Shown here: piece after piece, positions 30,397-39,894 of the stretch
How the letters are laid out: each line of letters starts with the position of its first letter
Position numbering within the stretch: the first letter of the stretch is position 1
Notes under the pieces: model-generated
Databases searched by the model: none
What the model saw: the letters and a program-made list of their open reading frames with translations, nothing else
What the model was told of the DNA's origin: nothing
Program-made: the position numbers and the translations under genes
DNA from: Elusimicrobiota bacterium
Lineage (GTDB): Bacteria; Elusimicrobiota; Elusimicrobia; UBA1565; JACRDR01
NCBI GenBank assembly: GCA_041694815.1
Contig: JBGFSC010000010.1
Coordinates: 77,922-141,921 of the forward strand
Direction: 5' to 3'
Length of the DNA: 64,000 nt

Positions 30397-31182
30397 TTAA
30401 TCCTTCGCGATGGAGTGCGGGCAGCTCCTGCGGAACAAGCAGCGGCGGCAAAACGAAGTGTCGGGACGAAAATCCTCCTCGGCCATCAGATCGGCGGCGC
30501 GCGAGAGCGCCTCCCGGAGCAGCCCTTCCCGGGAGGGATCGTACTCGAACGAGCGCCTTTTCCCGGAATCCAAATAATACGCGCTCAGCAGCGATGCCCT
30601 GACGGCAAGACCCTCCCGAACTCCCAGCCCGTAGAGGAATAGCTGCAGCTCGACGTTGCCGGCATCATCGATCTCGGGCTCGAAGGTCTTATATTCGACG
30701 ATCTCATGGGAGCCGTCGGGATGCAGGTCGAGCCGGTCGACCATCCCGCGGACTCGATGGGGACCCAGTTCGAAGAGAAATTCCCGCTCCACGTAGAGTA
30801 TCCGCGAACGGCGCTCGGAGTCCGCTTTCCAATAACGGCGGAGCATATTTTCTCCCCTCCGGCGCCAGGCCACCTTCTCCACGCCCGATGAGAATCCCGC
30901 GTGGTGGAAGTGGGCGTCATAAAGTTCCAAGAGCCGCTCGAGCCGCTCTTCCCCGCTGTGATGATAGGCTTCCAGGGTCTTATGCAGGCTCATGCCTAGC
31001 GCGGCAGCGGGCGAGGGGGGCTGGGGAGTCCCGTCCTTGAAACGGATCTTAAAAAGCCAGGGGCAGTCCAGATAGGCGCGCAGCCGGGAATAATTGATTT
31101 CGAAGGAACGAAGCCTTTTTTGTGGCTTGGGCGGAGGGTGGCAGTCGAGCCAGCGCCGCAGGCGTTCAGTCCAATGAATCGT
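30397..31182 (-). CDS. PD-(D/E)XK RecB/AddB-like nuclease with 1+3 Cys Fe-S motif
   Basis: YSRLRAYLDCPW (upstream of the first ATG at 30993), GMVDRLD...EYKT, QLFLY, CRRCLFRRSC; start non-canonical and uncertain. Confidence 0.8.
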   Translation of the reverse strand, partial: TIHWTERLRRWLDCHPPPKPQKRLRSFEINYSRLRAYLDCPWLFKIRFKDGTPQPPSPAAALGMSLHKTLEAYHHSGEERLERLLELYDAHFHHAGFSSGVEKVAWRRRGENMLRRYWKADSERRSRILYVEREFLFELGPHRVRGMVDRLDLHPDGSHEIVEYKTFEPEIDDAGNVELQLFLYGLGVREGLAVRASLLSAYYLDSGKRRSFEYDPSREGLLREALSRAADLMAEEDFRPDTSFCRRCLFRRSCPHSIAKD

Positions 31183-31795
31183 CGCTTCCCCTTTCAGAGG
31201 ACAATGGGCCGCCCACCCAGCCGGCGCGGCGCAGGAAGCTCAAGCGAGTGTCCCCGTACTTGGAACGGCGGAAGAGCTCAAGGCCCTTGGGCGCGTGAAC
31301 CGGCTCCTTCTGATGGTGCTGGGCGACGAGCCATCCGTCCGGGGCCAGTAGTCCGGAGGCGGCGACGTTCTCGAGCACCGCCTGCGTGTAGCGCAAAGGC
31401 CGCTTCTGCGCGTCCACGTATGGCGGCCCCAGGAAGACGAGGTCGAAGGCTTCGGCGCCGGAGCGGTAAGGCAGCCAGGAAAGGGACGCCAAGGCGTTGG
31501 CCCGGAAAACCCTGCCGCGCTCGGCCATGCCGGAGCGTTCCAAGTTCTTCTCGATGACCTTGACGCAGCGCGGGTCCATCTCGACGAAGGACACGGACTG
31601 CGCGCCGCGGGAAAGCGCCTCCAACCCCACGGCCCCGGTGCCGGCGAAAAGGTCCAGCAGGCGGGCACCCGTGATGCGGGGGCGCAGGATGTCGAAGAGG
31701 GATTGGCGGATGCGCGCTGAAATCGGCCGGACGGGCAGCTCCTTGGGCACCGACAGGATGCGCCGCCCGCGGGCGGAGCCGGCAATGATGCGCAT
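31166..31795 (-). CDS. rsmD: 16S rRNA m2G966 methyltransferase
   Basis: MRIIAG, VRP, LDLFAGTGAVGLEALSRGA, PPY, KYGDT. Confidence 0.92.
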   Translation of the reverse strand: MRIIAGSARGRRILSVPKELPVRPISARIRQSLFDILRPRITGARLLDLFAGTGAVGLEALSRGAQSVSFVEMDPRCVKVIEKNLERSGMAERGRVFRANALASLSWLPYRSGAEAFDLVFLGPPYVDAQKRPLRYTQAVLENVAASGLLAPDGWLVAQHHQKEPVHAPKGLELFRRSKYGDTRLSFLRRAGWVGGPLSSERGSDDSLD

Positions 31796-31811
31796 GCTTA
31801 TATTATAGAAT

Positions 31812-33044
31812 ATGCCCGTGGGCGCCGAGATCATCGTCGTTGACGACGACCCTATCGGGGGCACGCTAACGCACAACGTCCTCGAAGAAAGCGGCTACGC
31901 GACCGAGCTGATTTCCGACAGCCGCCAAGTGATCGCGGCGGTCAAGGCCCAGCGGCCTGGCCTGGTGATCCTCGACATCCTGATGCCCGGAATCGACGGG
32001 CTGACCCTTTTGCATGAGATCAAACAGGACCCCGAGCTCTCCGACACGAAGGTCATCATCGTCTCGGGCAAGACCTTCGCCGAGGAAAAGCAGCGGGCCC
32101 TGCGCTACGGCGCCAGCCTCTTCCTGGAGAAGCCCTACGAGGTCGCCACCCTGCGCCGGCAAGTATCGGAGCTGCTAGGAGCCCCGAAGGGAGGCACCCC
32201 CTCCCCCCGCTCGGCGGCCCAAGGAGTTCAAATCCGCGTTTGGGGGTGCCGGTCGTCCGGCGCCGCCGATCTGAGGACCCCCTGCGTGAGCGTGGAGACG
32301 CAGTCTCGGATGATCATACTCGACGCCGGCAGCGGGCTGCTGCCTCTCGGCGAGGAACTCCTGAAAGAGGACCGGCGCAAGGAGCTCTGGCTGCTCCTGA
32401 CTCATTTCCACCCGGCCCACGTCGAGGGGCTCGGCCTCTTCGCCTGCACCCGACGAGCCGGGTACCAACTCCATATCGGGGGAGCCGGCGAACCCGATAA
32501 ACCCCTTTCGGAGTTCGTCCGGGGCGCCTTCGAACGCTCCTTCGAGCGGCTTGCGGATCCCGTCGCCGCCAAGATCAAGCTCTACGAGTTCCAGGAGGGC
32601 GATTACGACCTGCTCAGCGACCTCAAGCTCTCGGTTTTTTACGCCAACCATCCCGGCCTGACCTTAGGATTCTCGCTGCAGACGCTCGGTCGGCGCATTG
32701 TCTATTGCCCCGATTCAGAACTCTACGGCGAGGACGCTCTTTCAACCCAGGATTATGACGAAAAACTCGGCGGGCTTTGCCGGGGCGCGGACCTCCTCAT
32801 CCATGACGCGCGCTGGCGCGACGCCGAGTACGCTGTCCATCGCAACGAGGGCCATTCCAGCGCGCGCAACGCCGCGGCCTTCGCCGCACGCAACGAGATA
32901 GGGTCGCTGATCCTATTCCACCAAGACGCTTCTTATTCGCCGGCGGACCTCGAGGCGATGGGAAAAGAAGCCGAAGCGGCCGCGGGCGCGGACGGCCGGC
33001 TTTCCTGCGTCATGGCCGCCGAAGGGCTTTCGCTTACGATCTAG
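31812..33044 (+). CDS. Response regulator receiver fused to MBL-fold hydrolase
   Basis: REC (VDDD, LDILMP, KPY) followed by LDAGSG, THFHPAH, NHPG, LIHDA, GHS, LFHQD. Confidence 0.85.
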   Translation: MPVGAEIIVVDDDPIGGTLTHNVLEESGYATELISDSRQVIAAVKAQRPGLVILDILMPGIDGLTLLHEIKQDPELSDTKVIIVSGKTFAEEKQRALRYGASLFLEKPYEVATLRRQVSELLGAPKGGTPSPRSAAQGVQIRVWGCRSSGAADLRTPCVSVETQSRMIILDAGSGLLPLGEELLKEDRRKELWLLLTHFHPAHVEGLGLFACTRRAGYQLHIGGAGEPDKPLSEFVRGAFERSFERLADPVAAKIKLYEFQEGDYDLLSDLKLSVFYANHPGLTLGFSLQTLGRRIVYCPDSELYGEDALSTQDYDEKLGGLCRGADLLIHDARWRDAEYAVHRNEGHSSARNAAAFAARNEIGSLILFHQDASYSPADLEAMGKEAEAAAGADGRLSCVMAAEGLSLTI

Positions 33045-33870
33045 CGCCTTTTAAAGAGCGGACCAGCTCCAGGTTCGCGCCGTCCTGCTCCCCTTTTGGG
33101 GTCTCCAGTATGCCGACGGCGGAGGCGAACTCCTCCCGGTCCAGAAGCCAGCGTAGCCCCTCAAGCCCCAAATAGCCCTCACCCCAATGCCAATGGTGCT
33201 CGCGGTGCGAGCCCAAGAGCGCCCGCGAATCGTTGAGGTGGAAGACACGTATATTTTCAGCGCCCAGCAGCCGATGCGCCTGCCCGATAAATTTCCACAT
33301 CCCCTCCGCGGAGGAGAGGTCGTAGCCCTGGGCCCAGGCGTGCGCCGTATCCAGGCAAAAGCCGACCTTAAAGGAGCGCCGGCGCAGCAATTCTCCCAGC
33401 TCCGCGATCTCCTCGAGGCTTCCCCCCATTCGCCTCCCGCCGCCGGGAACGTTCTCGATGAGCAAGGGCACGGGAGGATCCGGCAGCCCCTCGGCGGCCC
33501 GCGCGAATCCCTCCGCGAAGCGCCGAAGCCCAGCGCTGACGTGGTCTCCGGGGGCGTAAGCCCCCGCGTGGAGGACCAAGGCCTCGGCGCCGAGGCGGCC
33601 CGCCAGCTCCATTTCGCGCCGGGCCCAGGCAACCGAGTGGGCGTGCCGGATCTCGTCGCGGGAGGCCAAAAAGGGAAGGTAGCGCACGTGCAGCACTAGA
33701 CGCGAAACGGCCGATCTCCACTGTCGGCGAAAGAAGACCAGCTCCTCCTCGGTCGGCTCATGATTGCGGCGGTAGGAGAACATCTGCATGGAGTCGCAAC
33801 CCAAGGCGCGGGCCTCCGCGAGCGCCGCCTCGTAGCCAGCCCTGATCGAGCAGTGAATCCCGAGTATCAT
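33034..33870 (-). CDS. nfo: Endonuclease IV
   Basis: LGIHCS, LIEN, CLDTAH, HLNDS, ILETP. Confidence 0.9.
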   Translation of the reverse strand: MILGIHCSIRAGYEAALAEARALGCDSMQMFSYRRNHEPTEEELVFFRRQWRSAVSRLVLHVRYLPFLASRDEIRHAHSVAWARREMELAGRLGAEALVLHAGAYAPGDHVSAGLRRFAEGFARAAEGLPDPPVPLLIENVPGGGRRMGGSLEEIAELGELLRRRSFKVGFCLDTAHAWAQGYDLSSAEGMWKFIGQAHRLLGAENIRVFHLNDSRALLGSHREHHWHWGEGYLGLEGLRWLLDREEFASAVGILETPKGEQDGANLELVRSLKGARS

Positions 33871-33877
33871 GTGAGTT

Positions 33878-35296
33878 TTAAGACCATCGGGTTAGCACGC
33901 CCAGCAGTCGGTTTTTCCATTTCCGGTACGGGAACCACCATAATTCCGGCAAGGCGGCGGGCCATTCATGCACCAGCACGGACTGGGTTTCGCAAAACAT
34001 GCGCAGCCCTTCATCCGCGAACCGGCGCCCCAGGCCCGAGCGCTTGAAGCCGCCAAAGGGTAGCGAGCAGACCGCGCTAAAGTTGGGAAGGTCGTTGACC
34101 CCCACGACCCCCGCCTCCAGCCTGGCGCTTAAGGCCTCCGCGCGCGAGACGTCCCGGCTCCAGATCGATGCCGACAAGGCGTAGTGCCCGTCGTTGGCCA
34201 AGAGCACGGCCTCCTCCGCGCTGCGCACCGCGCTCACCGGAAGCACGGGACCGAAGATCTCCTCGCGCATGAGCCGGCTGTCGGCTGGGGCGTCCAAGAC
34301 CAAGGCAGGAGCCATAAGGCAGCGCGAGGCGTCGATCACTTCGCCGCCCAATACCCGGGCGCCCTGCCCGCGCGCCTCCTCCAGCCGCGACAGCACCTCC
34401 TCCATGCGCCCGCGATGGATCAGCCTCCCGAGATCGATCTCGTAGCCGCCGTCCAAACCCTGGCGCAGGGCGGCCATTTCTCCGGTGACGGCCTCGATGA
34501 ACGAGTCGTAGATCGATTCCTCCACGTACACTCGCTCCACGGCGACGCAGCTCTGGCCGGAATTGGACAAGCGGCCCCACACCGCCGCCTTGGCCGCGCG
34601 GGCGATCGCGGCGTCCCGCAGCACGATCATGGGGTGCTTGCCGCCGAGCTCCAGTACCGCCGGCTTGAGCCTTTCGGCGGCCGCCTTGGCCACTGCCTGA
34701 CCCGAGAGGAAGCCACCAGTGAAGACGATCATGTCCGCGTGCTCGAGAACGCAAGCCCCCACCGACGCGTCCCCTCGAATCACCTGAAAAAGCCCCTCGG
34801 GGAAAACTCCGCTCACCTTGGCGGCCTCCTCCAAGATCAGCGCGGTCTCCGTGGCCCATTCCGAGGGCTTGAGCATCACCGCGTTGCCGGCGATAAGAGC
34901 CGGTAGCGCGTCCGAAAGGGGGATGAGCACCGGATAGTTCCAGGGGGTGCATACCGCGACCACGCCCCGAGGCAGGTAACGCACGAAGGCCCGCTTGTTG
35001 AACAGGATCCACGGCCTCGGGGCGGCCTGGTCCTTGAGGATGCGGTGCGCGTTGCGCGTGAAGTACTTGAGCACGAGCTCCGCCGCGTCGAGCTCCTGCA
35101 CCTCGATCTCGAAGAATGGCTTGCCGGTTTCCTCGGCGATGGCGCGCCGCAGCTGCATCTGCCGGAATCGGATCTCCCGCCAAAACCCGCGCACACGCTC
35201 CACCCGCTGCGTCAAGGTATAGCGGCGCCAAAGGGCCTGGGCGTCTTTCGCCAGCGACGCGCGGCGCGCGACCTCCGCGGCGGGGGTGTTGAGTAC
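33878..35296 (-). CDS. Aldehyde dehydrogenase
   Basis: PWNYP, LKPSE, FTGG, LELGGK, GQSC, EIFGP, PFGGFKRSG. First canonical start is TTG 35215, but homology extends to about 35296. Confidence 0.88.
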   Translation of the reverse strand, partial: VLNTPAAEVARRASLAKDAQALWRRYTLTQRVERVRGFWREIRFRQMQLRRAIAEETGKPFFEIEVQELDAAELVLKYFTRNAHRILKDQAAPRPWILFNKRAFVRYLPRGVVAVCTPWNYPVLIPLSDALPALIAGNAVMLKPSEWATETALILEEAAKVSGVFPEGLFQVIRGDASVGACVLEHADMIVFTGGFLSGQAVAKAAAERLKPAVLELGGKHPMIVLRDAAIARAAKAAVWGRLSNSGQSCVAVERVYVEESIYDSFIEAVTGEMAALRQGLDGGYEIDLGRLIHRGRMEEVLSRLEEARGQGARVLGGEVIDASRCLMAPALVLDAPADSRLMREEIFGPVLPVSAVRSAEEAVLLANDGHYALSASIWSRDVSRAEALSARLEAGVVGVNDLPNFSAVCSLPFGGFKRSGLGRRFADEGLRMFCETQSVLVHEWPAALPELWWFPYRKWKNRLLGVLTRWS

Positions 35297-35718
35297 TAAG
35301 CCTTTTGCTGTTTCCGTTGGGCGGCCTTCTCCAGGAGGGTCTTCTTGAGCAGTGGCTGCAGTTCGAGCAATTTCTGGAAGGAGGCGCTGGGGATCATCAG
35401 GACCTCGGTGGCGTCCTCCTGCGCCTTGATCGTCAAGTCCGAGGCCGAATTGTCCAAAAGCGATATTTCGCCGAAAAAATCGCCGGCCTTGAGCTCGATT
35501 TGGATCGGGCCCTCCTTGGTCTTTCCGCTCGCGGAGGCCTTCCCCTTCTTGATGATATAGAAGCCGCTGGAGATCTCGCCCTTGAGCATGACGGTCTGTC
35601 CGTTGGCGTACTGGGCGCGCTCGATGTCCGGGGTGACCTTGCGCAGTTGCTCCTCGTTGAAAAAAGAGAGAACGTCGACCTGGGTCTTCAAGAAAATCGT
35701 GTCATTGTACTGGGACAT
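35296..35718 (-). CDS. Stand-alone cyclic-nucleotide-binding domain protein
   Basis: GEISSGFYIIKKG...GDFFGEISLL; GGAGG RBS. Confidence 0.85.
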   Translation of the reverse strand: MSQYNDTIFLKTQVDVLSFFNEEQLRKVTPDIERAQYANGQTVMLKGEISSGFYIIKKGKASASGKTKEGPIQIELKAGDFFGEISLLDNSASDLTIKAQEDATEVLMIPSASFQKLLELQPLLKKTLLEKAAQRKQQKA

Positions 35719-35802
35719 GCGTTCACCTCCGACTCTGAGAATTATAACAGTTCCCCGCAGACGGTGCCAGGCATCCACTTTCTTCACTTTCTCAACTTTC
35801 CC

Positions 35803-35991
35803 TACGACACAACGGCAACTTTTACGCGCCTCGGGCGCGTGGCTCGGCGCAAACAACCGCGCCGAGCGCGGGAATTCTCGCGAGAAACTCGAGCTTCGTC
35901 GCGCTTCGCGCGACGAAGCACGGCGCCGACACTCCGGTCGGCGCCAAGTCCGTTGTTTGTACAGCGGGGCACACCGACAACTTTTACGCGC
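35803..35991. other. Multi-hairpin intergenic element with 14-bp direct repeats
   Basis: Five adjacent inverted repeats inside an ACAACGG/CCGTTGT closing stem; CAACTTTTACGCGC at 35816 and 35978. Confidence 0.6.
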
Positions 35992-36113
35992 ACTTGTAGC
36001 GTGGTTTTGAGCCTGCGGCGCCGAGCGCAGGATTCCTCGCGACTTATTCCGGCATCTAAAACTTACAACCCCGTCACCGACTGTGGCGCGGCGATTATGG
36101 CAAAATCGCCGCC

Positions 36114-38792
36114 GTGAAACCGGCGCAGGAATTAAGCAGCTTGAGCCTCCCTTTTTTAGAGTCGGTCTACGCCGATTTTCTTCGGAATCCCGATTCTATC
36201 GAAGGCTCCTGGCAGCGGGTCTTCTCCTCCCTCCTCCCCGATGGGCGCCGGGAAGGCGACCAGGCTCGGGCCGCCGCGCGGCAGGAGCGCCTCGACAGGC
36301 TTTCCCGGGCCTACCGCGTCCTCGGCCATCGGGCGGCGTATATCAACCCCTTGGCCGAGCCGCCTACCGCTCTCGCCGACCTGGAACCGGCGCGCTACGG
36401 GCTGCAGGAGGAGGATCTTGACGCCCCGCTTGGAGAGAGCACGATACGCCGCCAAATCGAACGGCTCCGGAACACCTATTGCCGCTCCATCGGCGTGCAG
36501 TTCATGCATATAGAGGGGCCCGCGGCGGGCTGGCTTCAAGAACGTATGGAATCCTGCGAAAACCGGATTGAGCTCTCCCGTGAGCAGCGCCTGAAGATGC
36601 TCGAACGCCTAAGCGTCGCCTCCGTGTTCGAGCAATTCCTGCAAAAAAAATTCATCGGCTCCAAAACCTTCTCCTTGGAAGGCTGCGAGAGCCTCATCCC
36701 CCTGTTGGATCTGGCTTTCGAGGAAGCCGCCTCAGAAGGGGTCCGCGAGATCGTCATCGGGATGGCCCACCGCGGCCGTCTCAACGTGATGGCGAACGTC
36801 GTCGGCCAGCCGCTCGTCGAGCTGCTGCGGATGTTCGTCAAGGGCTTGCCCAACGGGCACGCGGGGGACGTCCAATACCATCAAGGGTTCAGCGGCGACC
36901 TGCGCGCGGGGGGCCGCGAGCTCCACGTTTCGCTCACCTTCAATCCCAGCCATCTGGAATTCGTGGGCCCGGTGGTGATGGGCCGGGTGCGGGCCAAGCA
37001 GGACCGCGCCAGCGACGGCGGACGCCGCCGTTGCCTCGGGGTGCTCATACACGGCGACGCCGCCTTCGCCGGCGAGGGCGTCGTACAGGAGTCGCTCAAC
37101 CTCAGCGGGCTGGAGGCCTATAGGACCGGAGGGACCTTGCACATCATCGTCAACAACCAGATCGGCTTCACCACGCCGCCCGCCGAGGGCCGCTCGAGCC
37201 TTTACGCGACGGACGTGGCCCGGATGCTGCAAGTCCCGATCTTCCACGTCAACGGCGAGGACCCCGAGGCCGTAGCCCATGTCGTGCGCCTGGCGATGAG
37301 CTTCCGTTCCACGTTCAGGCGGGACGCGATCATCGACCTCTACGGCTACCGCCGCCGGGGCCACAACGAAGGGGACGATCCGGCGTTCACGCAACCGTTG
37401 ATGGTCCGGCGCATCGAAAGCCGCAAGCCGGTCTGGGAACAGTACCTCCAGCGCCTCTCCGGCAAGGACGGGATCTCTACCGATACGGCCGAGCGGCTGC
37501 GCGGCGACGCCCGCGCCCGGCTGGAGCAGGCCTTGACCGAGGCCCGCTCCTTGAGCCGGCCTCCCGCTCGCCGGCCGGCGGGGGCCTGGGCCGATTACCG
37601 GGGCGGGCCGGAGGATGATTCGGAAGAAATCGACAGCGCGGTGCCGCGGCAGGACCTGTCGCGATGGCTCAAATCCCTGGCGGGGCTTCCCGACGGATTC
37701 CAGCCGCACCCGCGGATCCGAGCGGGACTCGACTCCCGCCGGCGCATGGCGGAGGCCGAAGAGCCGCTCGATTGGTCCGCGGCCGAGGCGCTGGCCTTCG
37801 CCAGCCTCGCGGCCCAGGGCGTGCGCGTGCGCCTGGCCGGACAAGACAGCGCCCGCGGCACCTTCAGCCAACGCCACGCCGTCTTGTTCGACCGCCGGGA
37901 CGGACGGGCGTACTGTCCCCTCCAGCACGTCCAGGACGGCCAGGCCCCCGTGGAAATTCTCAACAGCCCGCTCTGCGAGGCCGCAGCGCTGGCCTACGAA
38001 TACGGATACAGCCTCGACTTCCCGGACGCGCTGGTGCTCTGGGAAGCCCAGTACGGAGATTTCTGCAACGCCGCCCAGGTGATCGTAGATCAGTTCCTCT
38101 CGAGCGCCGAGGCCAAATGGAGGCGGCTGTCGGGACTGACACTGCTCTTGCCCCACGGGCTCGAGGGCACGGGGCCAGAGCACGCGAGCGCGCGCCCCGA
38201 GCGATTCCTCTCTTTAGCCGCGCAAGACAATATCCAGATCGTCTGCCCAAGCACCCCCGCCCAGTACTTCCACTGCCTGCGCCGTCAAGCCCTGCGGCGC
38301 TGGCGCAAGCCGCTGGTCGTTCTTACACCCAAGAGCCTGCTTCGGAGAAGGGAAAGCTTCAGCGCACTCGAGGAGCTGGCTTCCGGTTCCTTCCAGCGCG
38401 CGCTGCCCGACGCTCGGGCGCCGGGCACCGAGACCAGACGGGTCCTGCTCTGCAGCGGGAAAATCTACTACGAACTCATCCGCGGCCGCGAGGAACACGG
38501 GCATCGGGACGTCGCGATCGCCCGCCTCGAGCAGCTCTACCCCCTCCGCGAGCAGACCCTCCGCTCGGTGCTCGACGCCTATCCGCCTTCGCTTCCGATC
38601 GCCTGGGTCCAGGAGGAATGCGAGAATATGGGCGCCTGGCCGGCCCTTCGCTTTCGCTTCGCGAACGAGCTGCTCGGCCACCCGTTTTCCGGAGTGCATC
38701 GGCCGGCCTCTCCCTGCCCGGCCGAAGCCGGAGAGGCGGCCCACCGCCAGAGCCAGCAGGAGTTGATCCGCAGGGCCTTCGAGGAGAAATAG
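36114..38792 (+). CDS. sucA: 2-oxoglutarate dehydrogenase E1
   Basis: [48 protein letters not shown]. Confidence 0.95.
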   Translation: MKPAQELSSLSLPFLESVYADFLRNPDSIEGSWQRVFSSLLPDGRREGDQARAAARQERLDRLSRAYRVLGHRAAYINPLAEPPTALADLEPARYGLQEEDLDAPLGESTIRRQIERLRNTYCRSIGVQFMHIEGPAAGWLQERMESCENRIELSREQRLKMLERLSVASVFEQFLQKKFIGSKTFSLEGCESLIPLLDLAFEEAASEGVREIVIGMAHRGRLNVMANVVGQPLVELLRMFVKGLPNGHAGDVQYHQGFSGDLRAGGRELHVSLTFNPSHLEFVGPVVMGRVRAKQDRASDGGRRRCLGVLIHGDAAFAGEGVVQESLNLSGLEAYRTGGTLHIIVNNQIGFTTPPAEGRSSLYATDVARMLQVPIFHVNGEDPEAVAHVVRLAMSFRSTFRRDAIIDLYGYRRRGHNEGDDPAFTQPLMVRRIESRKPVWEQYLQRLSGKDGISTDTAERLRGDARARLEQALTEARSLSRPPARRPAGAWADYRGGPEDDSEEIDSAVPRQDLSRWLKSLAGLPDGFQPHPRIRAGLDSRRRMAEAEEPLDWSAAEALAFASLAAQGVRVRLAGQDSARGTFSQRHAVLFDRRDGRAYCPLQHVQDGQAPVEILNSPLCEAAALAYEYGYSLDFPDALVLWEAQYGDFCNAAQVIVDQFLSSAEAKWRRLSGLTLLLPHGLEGTGPEHASARPERFLSLAAQDNIQIVCPSTPAQYFHCLRRQALRRWRKPLVVLTPKSLLRRRESFSALEELASGSFQRALPDARAPGTETRRVLLCSGKIYYELIRGREEHGHRDVAIARLEQLYPLREQTLRSVLDAYPPSLPIAWVQEECENMGAWPALRFRFANELLGHPFSGVHRPASPCPAEAGEAAHRQSQQELIRRAFEEK

Positions 38793-38793
38793 C

Positions 38794-39894
38794 ATGGACA
38801 TACAAATCCCATCCGTCGGAGAATCGATTAGCGAGGTGCGCGTCGTAAAATGGCTCAAACGCCCCGGAGATTCCGTCGCCCAGGACGAGGATATCGTCGA
38901 GCTCGAGACCGACAAGGCCAGCCTCAACCTGCCAGCCCCCGCCGCGGGGGTCCTGGGAGAGATACTCAAAAAAGAAGGAGAAAAGGCTCGGATCGGCGAG
39001 ACGATAGCACGGCTCGATGAGAAAGGCTCGCCGGGGGAGGCCCCTGAACGCGGCGATGAGTCCGAGCCCGTCGCGCAAGCGGAGGCCAGGGCCCAGGGCC
39101 CCACGCCCGTCCAAGAGAAGGCTACAGAACCCCGCCGCGTCAACGGAAAGGCCAAGACGCAGGTTCAGGAGCGACCGCAAGCCCGGAAAGCGAGCGACGG
39201 GGAACGGGCGGTTCCCTTGAGTCCCCTGCGCAAGCAGATCGCCCGGAGGTTAGTGGAGGCGCAGCGCCAGGCGGCGCTACTAACCACCTTCAACGAGATC
39301 GACCTATCCGCCGTCAACGCGGCGCGCGCGCGCTACCGGCGATATTTCGAGGACCGGCACGGCGCGGGCTTGGGCCTAATGCCGTTCTTCATTAAGGCGG
39401 TCGTCGACGCGCTCAAGGCCCTCCCGCAGCTCAACGCGGAACTGCGCGGCGAGGAGCTGGTGTTCAAGGACCGCTACGACATCGGAGTCGCCGTCGCCTC
39501 CGAAAAGGGCCTGCTGGTCCCCGTGATCCGGGGTGCCGATCGGCTCGGTTTCCTGGAGATCGAGCAGACCCTCGAACGGCTGGCCAAGGCCGCGCGGGAG
39601 AACCGGATCTCCCCGGAGGAGCTCTCGGGCGGGACCTTCACGATCACCAACGGCGGGGTCTACGGCTCGCTCCTGTCGACTCCCATCGTCAACCCGCCGC
39701 AAAGCGGAATACTCGGGATGCACCAGATCCAGGAAAGGCCGGTGGCCCGCGACGGCGAGGTGCTCATCCGCCCGATGATGTATGTCGCGCTCACCTACGA
39801 TCACCGCGTCGTCGATGGAAAGGAAGCCATAGGGTTCTTGCGCCGCGTCAAGGAAATCGTCGAGGATCCCTTGCGCCTATTGCTGGAGGTTTGA
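38794..39894 (+). CDS. sucB: Dihydrolipoamide succinyltransferase E2
   Basis: Lipoyl [24 protein letters not shown]. Confidence 0.93.
   Translation: MDIQIPSVGESISEVRVVKWLKRPGDSVAQDEDIVELETDKASLNLPAPAAGVLGEILKKEGEKARIGETIARLDEKGSPGEAPERGDESEPVAQAEARAQGPTPVQEKATEPRRVNGKAKTQVQERPQARKASDGERAVPLSPLRKQIARRLVEAQRQAALLTTFNEIDLSAVNAARARYRRYFEDRHGAGLGLMPFFIKAVVDALKALPQLNAELRGEELVFKDRYDIGVAVASEKGLLVPVIRGADRLGFLEIEQTLERLAKAARENRISPEELSGGTFTITNGGVYGSLLSTPIVNPPQSGILGMHQIQERPVARDGEVLIRPMMYVALTYDHRVVDGKEAIGFLRRVKEIVEDPLRLLLEV

Noticed and set aside
30397..31182. Cas4 / CRISPR system
   Set aside because: No cas genes or repeat-spacer array in the window; a stand-alone PD-(D/E)XK nuclease is the simpler reading
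35803..35961. Integron attC site (CAAC...GTT ends)
   Set aside because: Ends do not fit RYYYAAC/GTTRRRY, L-box spacing is wrong, and no cassette ORF or integrase is nearby; kept only as an unexplained structure
35802..35993. 63-aa minus-strand ORF with repeated RVKV
   Set aside because: The repeat is just the translated 14-bp DNA direct repeat; no RBS or homology
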